From NCBI RefSeq assembly GCF_009914755.1, contig NC_060925.1: a DNA stretch of 64,000 nucleotides. One strand, 5' to 3'. Shown here one piece after another: positions 46,440-62,967 of this stretch (position 1 is its first letter; every line of letters begins with the position of its first letter). A model generated the notes under the pieces. It ran no database searches, had not been told where the DNA came from, and worked only from the letters and a program-made list of their open reading frames with translations. This DNA is from the human T2T-CHM13v2.0 reference genome, Homo sapiens. The translations under genes were made by a program, and so were the position numbers.

Positions 46440-49015
46440 TGCATATTTTTAATAACCAGAAAGAGTTCTTAGGTGTGATTCCAAATACTATTTTTAAGGC
46501 TACGTTAGGTTTCAGTAATTCCTTTAGGACTCAAAATGTAGTTTATATTTTAGAATCCATTTCCTCACTGATTATGAGCCCAGAGAGCTAATTGTGGCTG
46601 GAGACAAACAGAACCTTGCTGACTGATACTGCTTTATATTCATGACCACTAACCTCAACTGGGCCCGGAGAGCCACACAGTAATCCTACTACATTTCACT
46701 AGCCAAGTCACTGTCTTGCTAAGCCAGGTCATTGCTTCATTACTTTTTCTGTCATCTCTCCTCTCTAGTATCTTCCCTTCCTCACTCTCTATTGAAGACC
46801 TGCTTCCTACTTTCCTGAGAAAACAGAAGCAATGAGAAATACCACAGCCTCCCTCATTGACTAATGCATTGACATCTGTACCCATATAGTTGATCTTTCC
46901 TGCTATTGCTATGGATGAATTACCATTGCCCTAAGGTCAACTCTCCACTTGGGTACTAGATCTTATCCTGCCTGCCTACTGGAGGACACTGCTCCAAAAC
47001 TTTCCTCTCTTCCTTCTGCATTGTCATTGTCTCTGTCTTTACTGGATCATTCCCATTGGCTTTTAAGCATGCTGTAGCCTTTGCCCTTTTGAAAAATATA
47101 ACCCTCCCTTTGTTCCTGACCTCTACCACCCAATTTCTCTGTTTCTTTTTATGAAAAAAAATCAAAAGAGTTGTCTGCACTGTCTGTCTCTATTTTCTCT
47201 CTTCTCTTTTATCTAGTTTAGTCATGTTTTATGTCCTCACCACTCCACTGAAACAGCTCCTGTCAAAGTCACTGATGATTTCCCCATTGCCAGATTGAAT
47301 GGCTTATTCTCAGTCTTTATCTTACTTATGAAACATTTACTATCCGAGCATTTAATGTAGCTCTTCACTTCCTCCATTTGGCTTCCAGGACAGGACTCCC
47401 TTTTGCTGCTCCTCCCACCTTCCTGGAAACTTTATCTCAGTCTCTTTTGCTGATTCATCTTCATTTCAGATAAATTCATAGTGACCCAGAGCTCTATATT
47501 TTGTCAGCCTAAAAAAAGACACTAGGGAAGATTATCTTCAAATTTGTTGGGTTTACTTGAGAATATAAATAAGGAGTATAATACAGAATGCATGACATGG
47601 CAAGCCAGCAGTGCATTTGGTGAGGGAAAGGATAAAGGGAAGCTTTTATTACCAAAAAGGAATATATGTGAGCTATTTAGGAACAGAGTTCATTAGTTCC
47701 AGAGGCTCAAAGCCAGAGTGATTGTCAATTAATAAGTGGAGATGTATTACTGGGTAAGCGGTCTTCCAAAAACATCTTATCTGGATTACTGCAGTCCTAA
47801 AGGATGTCTAGTGATAAACCTTATCAAAGCAGGGGATGACTGAAAGGTTTTTAGAAAGTCCTTGGGAACAGTTCTTATCTCAGACATGTAAGCATGGGCC
47901 TCTTCTCCTTCAGGCCTTTCTTGCCCTATTTTGTCTGGGTCTGACAAAAGTGATTTCATCCTGGTATGTGCAACTTTCACACCTAGGACCTTTTATTATC
48001 TCTATTTACAGTCATTACCTAAAGGATAGCCTTCAAATTTGTGGTTTAAAATTCCTCAATGTATATCTGTGTCTAAATATCTCCACCAAATACAGCTGCC
48101 ATGTTTCTAACCTGTCATTCAAGGTATCTTGAAGTTAACATTTTCAAAACCAAACACCCAGTTTCCTCTCCCAAGACTTGCATTTTCCATTTCAGTAAAT
48201 GGCAACTGTATCCTTTGCATTATTCAGGTCAAAATCAGGTAGATTCTCCTGGATTCCTCTCTATTATGGCCTTCATCTAATTGATCAGCAAAACCTTCCG
48301 GCTCTATCTTTTAAAATGACCTCACCACCTACACTGCAATCCAAGCCAGATCATCTCTCACTTGGGAGTATAAGAACTTCTAACTGGTCCACTCGCTTCC
48401 TCCAGAGTCCCTTATTCATGAGTTTTCACAGTAATCCTTTTCACATGCACCTCAGGCCATGTCACCCTTCTGCTCATGAACCTCCCATTTCATTCAGAGA
48501 TCAAAGCCAGAGTCCCTCAAGGACTCTATGTGACCTTGCAAGTCTTCTAAACTTTCCCCTCTTCCAAAACTCTCTGATTTCGTCTTTAATCCCTTTCCTA
48601 GTAAAACCTCACTGACCTCCTTGCTGCTCTTTGAACAGGCCAAGCAAGGTCCTGCCTCAGGGCCTTTGCATGTTACCTAGAATGCTCTTCCTCCAGAGAG
48701 CCACAGGGTTTCCTTATTGCCCTAATGTCACCCTCTCAGATAAGACTTTCCTCATCTCTCTAAAAAACAAAAACCTTAAAACCCACCCCTACTCTCAGAA
48801 CTGCCTAACCTTTTTACTCCGCTTTAGTTTTCTTCTGAACATTTCTCACCATACATAGATCAGATTCTATATTTATTTGTTTCCACCAAAATGTGTGCTT
48901 CATGACAGTTGGGACTTTATCTGTTTTGTTCATTGTAGCCCCAATATCTAAAAATATACTTGGAATATAGTCAGTGTTAAATAAATATTTATTGAATGAG
49001 TGATTAAATGAATGA
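46440..49015 (+). mobile_element. L2 remnant interrupted by an ERV1-type LTR (~47502-47980, -)
   Basis: L2 ORF/3' motifs ending ATAAATATTTATTGAATGA; TG...CA bounded insert. Confidence 0.6.
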
Positions 49016-49213
49016 AAGACACTATTTACCATTATCAACATAAATCTGCAATGTTTTTTGAAAATCTATAAATTACAACTATATCTAGGTGCTCAGGGAA
49101 CATCAGAAAAATATGAATTATACTAACTCCCTTCACAAATCATCTGTCATGTATTAGCCCATGAAAAAAAGAAATAGAAATAAGATATTCAAAAACTTTG
49201 TAATATACAGTTA

Positions 49214-50033
49214 TGTAAAAGATAGAGGAAAAACCAAAGTGTTGTTCTCCTTTCTACTCTCAACAGCACTCCTGACACGAAATGTGGGAAGATTTTCCCC
49301 ACACACCAATCAATTCTCCTGCAGACATCAGCTAGATGTCCTCTAATTTAATTCAATTCTGACTCTGTCTACCTGGAGGTAGCATCAGATCCCACAGCTA
49401 AAGGCTCAGTCCCACAAGACTCAACCCTGTTTTAAATGTCAATCACAAGCCCCAGGTCATGACCTGTGCTTTTGACCAACCGGCTAAAAATTGTGGTTTC
49501 CACGATACACTCCTCAGGTTTGATTAACTTGCTAGAGTGTCTCATAGAACTCAGGAAGACACTTTACTTATATTTATCCATTTATTATAAAGAATATAAC
49601 AAAGGCTACAGATGAACAGCCAGATGGAAGAGATGCATGGGGCAAAGCATGCGGGAACACCACCCTGCAGGCATCCTCATATGTTCAGATATCTGGAAGC
49701 TCCCTGAACCCAGTCCTTTTGGGTTCTTATGGAGGCTTCATTACATAAGCACGGTTCATCATATCATTGGCCATTGGGGATCATTCAGCCCTTCTCTCTT
49801 CCCAGGAGATGGGGGTGGGTAAAGGGCAAGGGGGTTGGGGGGACTGAAAGTTTCAATCTTCTCATCACATTGTTGGTTCCCCTGGCAACCAGCCCCTACC
49901 CTAAGCCTATCCAGGAGCCCCCAGCCATCAGCCATCTCATTAGCACTTTGGAGATTCCAAGGGTTTTAGGAGCTGTGTGCTGGGAACCAGACAGAAACCA
50001 AATATATATTTCTTATTATGTCACAATATCACA
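49214..50033. mobile_element. MER21-like LTR
   Basis: TGTCCTCTAATTTAATTCAATTCTGAC..CTACCTGGAG..CATCAGATCCCACAG motif. Confidence 0.65.
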
Positions 50034-50584
50034 AGTTCTATATAAAAATAACCCTAAGGTGTAATTAGTCATTATTATCAGATTCTTCAATTAAAACAGT
50101 GCTTTGTGGTCTAGGTGCTAATATGGGGTAGACTTTAAAAGCAGAATTAAATTACTTAGTAACTATGGTTACTGTCAGTTTGAAAATACATTTCCATTTT
50201 GACTTGTGGTCTCAGTATGTGTGGTAAAAGAATTAGCCACAAACCAATGAAGAACATATAATGTGGTTTTCTCTAACTGGAAAATATTCAAAGATGTCCT
50301 ACTTACCATTTACACATAGTTGCCATTTTCTTGTTTTCACATTTGAATTCTTACTTAGCATGAGGTTAACATACTTTAACAAGTTCTCTGTTAAGGTATT
50401 TACGTTTCATCTTATTTCAGAAAGAATATAAGGTAACTATGTAAACATCTCAATTTAACGGCATAATTTAACTTAAGATACAGTGATATAAGAGAAATTT
50501 TACTGGTAAGAAATATAGCAATTTTAAAAGTTTCATTTGTATTCTTTAGAATGTGTCAAAGTCACATATCATAAATATCTTCTT

Positions 50585-50873
50585 TTTTTATTTAAATGGA
50601 CACATAGTCTCACTCTGTCATCCAGGCTGGAGTGCAGTGGTGCAATGTTGGCTCACTGCAGCCTCCATCTCCTGGGCTCAGGCAATCCTCAGCTTCCTGA
50701 GTAGCTGGGAGGACAGGTGCCTGCCACCACACCTGGCTAATTTTTGTATTTTTAGTAGAGACAGGGTTTCACCACGTTGGCCAGGCTAGTCTCAAACTCC
50801 TGACCTCAAGTGATCTGCCTGCCTCAGCCTCCCAAAGTGCTGGGATTACAGGTGTGAGCCACCATGCCTGGCC
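50585..50873 (-). mobile_element. Alu
   Basis: Reverse consensus. Confidence 0.85.
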
Positions 50874-51679
50874 TCAGCCAGTATCTCTTAATTCAGAAAA
50901 ATTGTTGTTTAATGAGTCCTTCATTAGGTGAGAAGCCATCTACTCTGTTTCTTATTTAATTTACTCATGATAACAACAACGTTATCATTCCTATACTGAG
51001 GATGAGTAAACTGAGCTGTATAGAGCTTAAGTAACTTGCTCCAAGTCTTACAACTTATCAAGGGGCAGAGCTGGGATTTGAAGGTAGGTCTGTCTCTAAA
51101 ATCCAAGCCCTGTGATTTTAGTCACCATGACATACCCTCCTCGTCCTCTCATGGTGTTCATAGTGATCTCACGCTGGTATGAGGAAAGAGGTAACACAGA
51201 AAAAATGCACTGGAACCGAAAAACCTGAGCTGAATAGGAGGAGTTGCTCCTCACCCCTCCAATGACTATCAGCCTTAGAGAGATTCCTTGACCACTTGCT
51301 GAGGTTGTCTTGTTCTGATAGTAGCAATAAGTTTATATAAATTATATAAAATATAGAATTTCTATAGTACTTAGATGCACACATCTGCTTATTGCTTGGT
51401 ATTAATAGCATAAGGCTGGTTCCTTTTCTCTGCGTCTCAGCAAGCACGTTTCTTGGATTCCAAAAGATGTAAGTGGCTAGCAAGTTTAATCCTGGTGGGA
51501 TATTTTGGGGCTAGAAAAATTTAGGAGTTGCTGAAAAGATATATAGTAGTAACAGGACTTGGTGGAGCCTTGGTGGAGGGACAGTGATTTTTAAGCTTTA
51601 TCTTCTCCACAAATCCAATCAAGGCAGTCCCCTGAGAGAGAGGGCAGTTGATGGTATTAGATTTAAAAAATCAGGTTAG

Positions 51680-51782
51680 AGTCTGCCTCAACAGCACAAA
51701 CAGTGTAATTGGAACAAGACAAAGAAGATGGCATGACCCCTGATCAAGGACGGCATGCAAATTTGTGAAGTATTTCCATTTG
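51680..51782 (+). pseudogene. Degenerate U6 snRNA retropseudogene
   Basis: Colinear with U6: CAGCACA..AATTGGAAC..ACAAAGAAGATGGCATGACCCCTG..CAAGGA..GCAAATTTGTGAAG..TTCCAT; ACAGAGA box mutated. Confidence 0.85.
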
Positions 51783-51802
51783 ATACAAATAAGAATGTAT
51801 AT

Positions 51803-52092
51803 GGCTGAGCACGGTGGCTCATGCTTGTAATCCTCACGTGGGAGGATCCCTTGAGGCCAAGAATTTGAGAACAGCCTGGGCAACATAGCGAGGCTGCATC
51901 TCTTAAAAAAAAATTATTTTAAATAAAAAAATTAGTTAGGCCTGGTGGCACATGCCTGCGATCCCAGCTACTCAGGAGGCTGAGGTGGGAGGATCACTTG
52001 AGCCCAGAAAGTCAAGGCTGCAGTGAGTTATGATTTGTGCCACTGCACTCAAACCTGGGTGACAGAGTGAGACCCTGTCTCTAAAAAATAGA
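51803..52092 (+). mobile_element. AluJ inserted at the U6 tail
   Basis: Consensus with deletion; TSD AAATAAGAATGTA. Confidence 0.85.
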
Positions 52093-53163
52093 AGAAAATA
52101 AGAATGTAGGCTACTTGGCTTTCCAGCATTGTTCAGATTTCAAGGTTACTTTCCTTCTAAAGTAGTATATCTATATCAAGTTAAGTTTCATGATGTAATG
52201 CAATTAACTTAGGAGTCTGAAAGTCATAAACCAAACAGGTAACAAAGACCTAGACCATTGCCATAGCTATCAAAACAGGGAAAAAAGATAACATAGGAAA
52301 ATAATATTTTAATGCTTAAAAAAATGCTTAACCTTCTTTAGTAATTGGTTGGCTCTTAAAGGTGACGAAGAGAAAATTGTTAAAAATGGCAAACTGAGAA
52401 AGGTGGACCGCATGCCTTTGACAACAATGAAGACACTGGCAAGAAGTGCTGATTTGCATGGAAAGATAATTTAGTTGTCAGTTTTCTATAGTTCTGGTTC
52501 CAGTCAGACATCCAAATGAAGCTCCCAGTGAGGGCACAGGTATGCGTGAGACACACATGTGAAATAGCAGGTGAAGCTGAGAAGGGAGTGAGCCCAGAAA
52601 AAGGGGTCAGGGAAAAGGCAAACACCAGGGCTGACCTTCAATGTGAGTGAACTCAGAGAGTAGGGAAAGAAACCCAGGTGGAAGGCTGGAGGGGGACATG
52701 CCACTAAGTAGGTGTGAGAGAGGAAGGCCCTCTAACCCAGAAGACAGGCTTTGGGTAGCAAGGAAGTGAGAATTATAACCAATCAAGAGGGATAAATGCT
52801 TAAATGAGGATTCAGAGGACTTCACCTTGTAAAGGACACCATTTTAAAAGAGCAGTTTCAAGGAAAAGTAAAGGCAAAGATCACAATAAAAGGACTAAAG
52901 ACCAAATGGGAATAAGTTGGATGTAGTTACTAAGGAGGTAGAAAATCTGAGAAGCTTAAGAACATGAAATAATGGAGTAGGTAGTTCAAGGGGCTCAAGA
53001 AATGGGAACTGAGGAAATTCTAGTGAAAATACTTCCATGTTACAAATGAATCTGATTACAGATTATGTTGTGTTTTGGAGTCTGAGGGGGGCCCTATTCA
53101 TCTCTGCAGAAGAATGAGTGAACAAGGGGTGGGACAAGAGGCTAGGAGATTTGAGGACACTCC

Positions 53164-53790
53164 TGTGTTAGTCCATTCTTGCCTTGCTATAAAGAAATAT
53201 CTAGACCAGGTGTGGTGGCTCACACCTGTAATCCCTGAACTTTGGGAGGCCAAGGCAAGAGGATCACTTGAGCTCAGAGCTCGAGGCTGGCCTGGGCAAT
53301 GTGGCAAAACCCTGTCTCTACAAAAAATTAGCTGAGAGTGGTGGTGCATGCCTGTAGTCCCAGCTACTCAGGAGGCTGAGATGGGAGGACCTCCTGAGCC
53401 TGGGAGGTCAAGACTGCAGTGAGCTGTGGCCATACCACTGCACTCCAGCCTGGGTGACAGAGTGAGACCCTGTCATTAAAAAAGAAAAGAAAAGAAAAGA
53501 AAAGAAAAGAAATACCTGAGGCTCGGTAATTTATGAAGAAAAGAGTTTTATTTCAGCTCACAGTTCTGCAGGCTGTCCAGGAAGATTGTGAACAAGATAG
53601 AGGGAGGGGGGATATGCCACACTCTTTAAAATGACCAGATCTGCCTGAACTCAGAGGGAGAAGTCACTCATTACTGCCAGGAGGGCAGCAAGCCATTCAT
53701 GAAGGGTCTGCCCCACAAGTCCTCACCTCCAACACTGGTGATGACTTTGCAACATGAGATTTGGAGAGGATGAGGGTGGAAACAATATCA
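53164..53790 (-). mobile_element. MaLR MST LTR with nested Alu (53204-53512, +)
   Basis: TGTGTTAGTCCATTCTTGC...AACAATATCA; Alu TSD AAAGAAATA. Confidence 0.75.
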
Positions 53791-54201
53791 AATCTCTTCA
53801 CAGAAATCAGAGGAGCAAAGAAGCATTCTCCAGCACTCCTTTCGCCACCGCCTCCAACCCTCGTCCACTAAAAACATCATGTGATTATTTAGGGGTAGAG
53901 ATTTAAAAACAGAGGCTCAAACATTCTGTCCAAAGCCAGTGAAAACAATTTGAAACTCTGGCATTAACAGATATCATTCGGAATTCTACCAAGTTTATTG
54001 GGCTACTTGGATATTCTCATTCAATTATAAATACTTAGATAAATATGCTTTGAAATGATACTTAATAGCCCTCTCTATTCCCCTGTTCTAAACTAGATCT
54101 TTCCTCTTTATCTTTTCCATCCTCTTCCACAGTGCATGACTCCCTTTCCCCTCATCAAACCTGTCATTAGGTCCAGTCAGTTCTACACTCAAAATCCTTC
54201 A

Positions 54202-54490
54202 TGGGTTGGGCGAGGTGGCTCATGCCTATAATCCCAGCACTTTGGGAGGCCAAGACGGGCAGAGTGCTTGAGTTCAAGAGTTGGAGACTAGCCTGGGTAT
54301 CATGGGAAAACCCCATGTCTACACAAAATACAAAAATTAATTGGGCATGGTAGTACGTGCCTGTGGTCCCGGCTACTCAGGAGGCTGGGGTGGGAGGATC
54401 ACTCGAGCCCAGGAGGTCAAGGTTGCAGTGAGCCAAGATGGCCCCACTGCACGCCAGCCTGGGTGACAGAGCCAGACCCTGTCTCAAAAT
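54202..54490 (+). mobile_element. AluJ
   Basis: Consensus; TSD AAAATCCTTCAT. Confidence 0.85.
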
Positions 54491-55434
54491 CCTTCATATC
54501 CACCCCCATTGGCTTCCACCTATTTCAGACTAATAATCCAATTCTGGATTATTGTATAGCCTTTTGATTTTTCCACTACCACCACTTTCATTTCCCACAA
54601 ATCCTCCGTAAAGGTGCTAGACAGTCCCAGAGACCCTCAAAATAGTGTGAATCTCACTATATGCACTCACTTTCTATCACTTACATGATACAGTCCTGAT
54701 CCATCAGTAGCTCATGGAAGGTCTTCTGACAGGCCTGCTCCACTACAAGTTTCTTCTTGCATTTTCAGGATCCAGGCTATTGCACTTGTTGAACCTTCTC
54801 AGAAATGTCATGTTATTTCACGTATTTGTTTCAGAACATGCTGGTTGTCTCTGTCCAGGAGGTTGGCCTTCCCCCTACCCCATTGCGATCTCTCACCCCA
54901 TCCTGACTCCTCCCCACCACTCCATCCTCACCCTATGTCCTGATAGAAATGTCTGACTTCACAGTCCTTGCACTGAACCAAAATGCAGTGCTCTTTTCCA
55001 AAGGCAGCTATTCTGGCTATTCCAAGCTATGTCCAGTGCCGACTTCCCTAACAGGCACAGTAGGCACAGTGGCTAGGGCCCACAATAATTTTAGGAGTCC
55101 ATGAAAATGTTTAATTTTACTTAAAATCAGAAGAGAAAAATAACTGTTATGTTCATGTATATGCATGTATATGGCATGCATATGTATACATCTATGTATA
55201 TGTGTGTATATTTTTGTGTATTTTATATATTTATATAATATATACGCTCATTGTTTTTTTAATGGAGGAAAGGGTCCATGAAGGCAGAAGTGTTCAGGGC
55301 CCATTGAAATCATACTGTGGCCCTTGTCAGATTTGAATTTATTTTTTAAAATTGTGAAAATAAAATCAATTTTGAAATATTTTTCAGTAAAAGGTTGCAT
55401 ATTTGAAAGCAGGCTTAAAAAGTTAGCGTTTTTG

Positions 55435-56225
<791 letters not shown>

Positions 56226-56277
56226 AATTAATTCAAACTAAATACAATTTATGATCATCTTTTTTTTTTGTTTTAAG

Positions 56278-56438
56278 TTTAGAGACAGAAGAAGAGCAAC
56301 AGTATCTCACCTCAAGCTATATTAACATCTCCACTGATTCATTACAAGGTGGCAAGAAGTACTTGGTTTGGGTCCAAGCAGCAAACGCACTAGGCATGGA
56401 AGAGTCAAAACAACTGCAAATTCACCTGGATGATATAG
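56278..56438 (+). CDS. IL23R: IL23R exon 5 (SLETEEEQQYLTSSYINISTDSLQGGKKYLVWVQAANALGMEESKQLQIHLDDI)
   Basis: ttttaAG acceptor, 161 nt, donor G|GTAAAG; FNIII 'VWVQAANALG' motif. Confidence 0.97.
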
Positions 56439-56662
56439 GTAAAGAATAAGAAATTCTGTAAGTCTTTAATAATAACCAGTTTGTGCTGACCTTGTCAAAT
56501 GAGGTCTAGATCTGAAAGAAGTTCCCCTAAAGTTCCTGCAGAGCATGATAAAAGAAACAGAAATTACCCATAATTCTACCTGCCCAAGACAACTTAGAGA
56601 TGAGTAGTGCTGCTGCCATTTTGTTGTATATCCTTCCAGTCTTATTTCTAAATTGTTGTATG

Positions 56663-56991
<329 letters not shown>

Positions 56992-57725
56992 TTATTGGAA
57001 ACTTCTTATTTTCAAGCATTGTTCTAAAGGCTAGAGTGAATAAGATAGACAAGGTGCCTGCCCTGAAATAACTTACAATCTACTAGGGAAGGCAAAAAAA
57101 AAAAAAACAAAAAAACACTATGATCATGATAAAGTTTGTTGAGTCTTACGTTGTGAAAAGTACAGCATGCTAAATTCTTATACTCTATACACTACTTGGG
57201 GACTTATGTAAGGTTTTTTTGTTTGTTTGTTTTTATTTTGAAAAGTTTTACAAAATACATAGAAAATTGCAGAGAATTATGTAGACCTCTCTATGTTCAT
57301 CAGCCAGATTTAACAAACATTAATAGTTTTTGTTTCAGATATTTTATACCCTGCCTTTTTATACTTATATATTAGTAATAAACATTTCTATTAATTTAAT
57401 CTATAGTTTTATTTTTAATGTTGTCTGAATATATAGCAGTTTAATCCCTATTGTTGGAGATTAACACTGTTTTCAGTTTTTAACCATATAAACTATATTG
57501 CCATGAACAACTTTGTGGCTGAATTTTAGCATAGTTTTTGATTGTTTCCTTAAGATAAATTCCAAAAAGTAATTACCCTTGAGCCTTTTACAACTACATC
57601 CAAGTCCTAAAACCACAATTCAGCCAAATGACACCAAGTCTGAATCATCCTGTCTTTGCAGATCCCAGTACCAATGATTCCTGTTGTTATAATTAAAGAT
57701 ATTTCAATAAGCTAACATTTATTGA

Positions 57726-58072
<347 letters not shown>

Positions 58073-58994
58073 AGCTAACAGCTTTTCACATACGTTATTT
58101 AACCCTCATATCAACCCTATTTTGTAGATGAGATTATAATTTATATATTAGAAAACTGAGGTTTGATGGCATTAAAAAATTTGAGATCACAGAGGTAGGG
58201 AACATTTAATTCAGGGGATCCTCCTGCCTTAGCCTCTCGAGTAGCTGGGACGACAGGCCACAGGCCACAGTGCCTGGCTAATTTTTTTAAATCTCTTTTA
58301 GAGACAGAGTCTCATTTTGTTGCCCAAACTTGTCTCGAACTCTGTGGCTCAAGCGATCCTCCTGCCTTGGCCTCACAAAATGCTGGTATTTCAGGCGTGA
58401 GCCACCATGACCGGCCTGAATATTAGATTTGAAAACACACTCTGTTGAATATGATGATGGACAATTATTCCATTTTATTGTATATCCTTGGAGTTACAGT
58501 TCTCTTGACTATGCTCTATACATTTTTGTGAATTTACATTTTGAGGTAGAATGCAGTAATATACCCTTTTCTTACGATAGATAAATTAATGATGTTTAAG
58601 AGCTATCATGACCAGTATCATTTTAGCAGTGCAATTTTTAGGAACTAAATAATAATAATAATACTTGTATTATTATTACCATTCTGATCTTAATATCATT
58701 GCATCAATTTATTTAGCACCTTCTGTGTTCCAGACACCTCTCATGCACATCACGTTTCATTCTGGAAACAACCATACATGATACTACTGTCCCCATTTTA
58801 CAGATGAAGAAAGTGATAAAATGATTTGCGCAAAGTCACTTAGCTAGTAATGAGGAAAGCCAGATTTCATCCCAGACATGCTGACTTGCTATAGTTTACC
58901 ACCATCCCACCTCCCACAAAGGAAAAAATCCCATCTGGCCTCTACTTCCAGACTGACTTCTCACACTGGGAACTAGGAGTTTGGAGTTGTGGTT

Positions 58995-59070
58995 CCTTTT
59001 CCTTCTTCTCCTTCTTTCTCTTTCCCTCCTCCTCTTCCTCCACCTCCTCCTCCTCCACCTCTTCCTCCCC
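58995..59070. repeat. (CCT)n/CT-rich low-complexity tract
   Basis: Seen directly. Confidence 0.8.
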
Positions 59071-59512
59071 TTTTGTCTCTATTCCTTTCCTTGCCTTTTC
59101 ATTATCCCAGAATGTACTCAGAAACTCAGGTTGAAAAATATGGATTAATTGTATAGGAGGCCCCAGCCAACAAAACCACCAGATTATTAACAGATGAGCC
59201 GTCTTCATGGGTAACACTTTAAGAATGAGACAACGCAAATTAGATAAATGAACTGTTCTATGCCACTGAGAACAGAAGACTGTCCTGGGAACAATTTCCA
59301 CATAGCAGCTACGGGCTGGGCTTTAATGACATTAGGGAGGTTATGCTGAATGGCAGCGCAGAGTTAGTAGCACATTAACACTTGCCAAAAAAGCATATGA
59401 GAGGAATGCTTTTAACTTCTCTTGTAGGGAAATAAATTCGGGTACAGAAATTGCTGTGCTTTCTGCCTGCCATTTTGAATATTACTTCTCCCCATTATAT
59501 AAATATGGATAA

Positions 59513-59864
<352 letters not shown>

Positions 59865-60297
59865 GATACTTTTTTAAAATGTAAGATCTGGTGGAAATAT
59901 GTGAAACCTAATCAGTAAGAATAAAAATTCAACATCTGAGTCTTGTGTAACAAACTAAATATTCAAGTATGTATTACATAATAAATGCCAGTTTGCAAAA
60001 ATATGAACTCATTCAAACTTAAAGACTTAAATCTGGATTGCACTGACCTGCTTTATGCTGTGATTCTTACTGTGCTATCTGCATTTCTCATAAGACTAAA
60101 CAGATTTTTACTTTCTCCTCAGAATAATTCTTTTGCCAAAAGGGTCCTAGAATGCTTGTGCTGCTATAACAGTGGCCAAGCCGAACTCAGAGGTGGAGGT
60201 GGGTGACAGGAGGAGGTGAGAAATTTATGGCCTTGAGGGTGCTTAAAATGGTCCTAAGCAATTTCAGAGCCCCAGGGATCCATGCCCTTGACTCTAG

Positions 60298-60623
<326 letters not shown>

Positions 60624-61414
60624 GAATACTGATTCTTATTACAAGAAGCTTGCACTAGCAAAAGGAAATCAGCTATGGAATTCAGATGATAAAGGTTGAG
60701 TACAGTAAACTTGTTAACTAAATTAAAGCTACTGCTACTTCTACGCCAGGTGTAGCCCCCAAAATTTTATTAGAGGACTGTGTTACTAGACAGCAAATCC
60801 TTAATTTTTGTTTTTCTCTGTAAATCATCTACCTTTGCACATAATTTTAGATAATAATAGTATAATAGTCATTGTAGTAAAACAATAATTTTCTTAAAGA
60901 AAGTTTTATAAACCTAGAATAAATGAAAATAAACTAATTCATAGAGAATATTAACCTGTAATAGTGGTCTCTAAAACCACGCCTACAGGCCCTTGAGTTC
61001 TTTGTTAAATAGTACAGCTATCAAAGTCATAGGTTTTCATTGTTCCTTAGGGGAGAAATGGAAAGTGTTAATGATTCTATTCTGTTCAGACAAAACAAAC
61101 TTACAAGTATTTACACAGTTTAGAAACATAGCGATTCCAACTATATACCTCCTACTATAACAAAACAACTAATAAAATAACCAATCAGAATTTCAGTTCC
61201 TTCTGTGAAGGTTATTATTATAGAACATGCCAACAATTTACAAAGCCTTAGAGTCTTATGAGATCTGCTTTCTTCAAATAAAATTTCAAGGAAGGACAGA
61301 TTTATTTTAAAGGAGAACAAAACAAGTTAGCAATAGATATAAATATTCATATGTTTCCCTAATACACAAGAGAAGGAGAAGATTATTGTGATAAAAGATC
61401 TGAATTGAACATCC

Positions 61415-61415
<1 letters not shown>

Positions 61416-61471
<56 letters not shown>

Positions 61472-61574
61472 TTTCTTTCTTTCTTTCTCTTTTTTTTTCT
61501 TTCTTTCTTTCTTGCTCTTTCTGTCTCTTCCTTTCTTTCTCTTTTCCTTCCTCCTTTCCCTTCCTTTCTTTCTT

Positions 61575-61578
<4 letters not shown>
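61416..61578. repeat. (TTTC)n microsatellite derived from an Alu tail
   Basis: Seen directly. Confidence 0.9.
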
Positions 61579-62022
<444 letters not shown>

Positions 62023-62455
62023 AATTTAACATCTTTTCAAATCTGATCATCTGAACTAAATTTGGGTGCATATCATCTCTCCTCGAACAGATGGAGGGAA
62101 GAGGGGATAGCTCCTTTATCTCATTTTTATACTCTTTTGTTAACAAGGCTAGGCTCTGGAATTTTATTAGTTAGGATTGTAAGGGAGTGAAAGGTGGGGG
62201 AAAGACAGGACTATTAGAGTTCAGTTTTTTTTTTTTTAATGGGGAATGGGCTGAATAGAATTTTCCTTAACAGCAGTTTTCTTCTATGTAACAAATTAGC
62301 AAATAAGAAAATGTCCATAATTGTTCATTAGACCATGAATTTTATTTTTTTTTACTTTGAGCTTTCTCATATCTAGATATTGACGAAAAGATGCCAGTTT
62401 CTCCCTAGGCAAGTTTTAAACAGCCAGGTCTTTTTTTTTTTTTTTTTTTTTCTAG

Positions 62456-62601
62456 TGATACCTTCTGCAGCCGTCATTTCCAGGGCTGAGACTATAAATG
62501 CTACAGTGCCCAAGACCATAATTTATTGGGATAGTCAAACAACAATTGAAAAGGTTTCCTGTGAAATGAGATACAAGGCTACAACAAACCAAACTTGGAA
62601 T
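62456..62601 (+). CDS. IL23R: IL23R exon 6 (VIPSAAVISRAETINATVPKTIIYWDSQTTIEKVSCEMRYKATTNQTWN); gene continues beyond window
   Basis: T21-ctAG acceptor, 146 nt, donor AAT|GTAAGC; cumulative CDS 798 nt = 266 codons with no stop. Confidence 0.96.
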
Positions 62602-62744
62602 GTAAGCTCAACTTTCATTATGCTTTAGCATGTGAATGAATGATTTAAAAGCCAACCATCAGTGGCTACAGTGGACTTATTATGTCTATTTTACATGTTT
62701 TTAATCTGATTGTTTGCATGATATTCAAGCCACTTTAGTTTTTG

Positions 62745-62967
62745 TTTTATAATTTCAACTTTTATTTTAGATTCGGGGGCACATGTGCAGGTTTGTTACC
62801 TGGATATATTGCATGGTATTGAGGTTTGGGGTATGATTGATCCTGTCACCCAGGTGCTAAGCATAGTTACCAATAATTTGCTTTTCAACCCTTGCCTTCC
62901 TACCTTCCTCCACACTCTAGTGTGGTCCCCAGTGTCTATTATTGCCATCTTTATGTCCATGAGTACC
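62745..62967 (-). mobile_element. L1PB/L1MA 3' end fragment
   Basis: ACATGTGCAGGTTTGTTAC...GATCCTGTCACCCAGG. Confidence 0.7.

Noticed and set aside
51680-51782. Functional U6 gene
   Set aside because: Many substitutions including the ACAGAGA box; no PSE/TATA evident
58942-59301. Glu/Lys-rich ORF (also Lys/Arg-rich ORFs at 61307-61659)
   Set aside because: Translations of simple repeats
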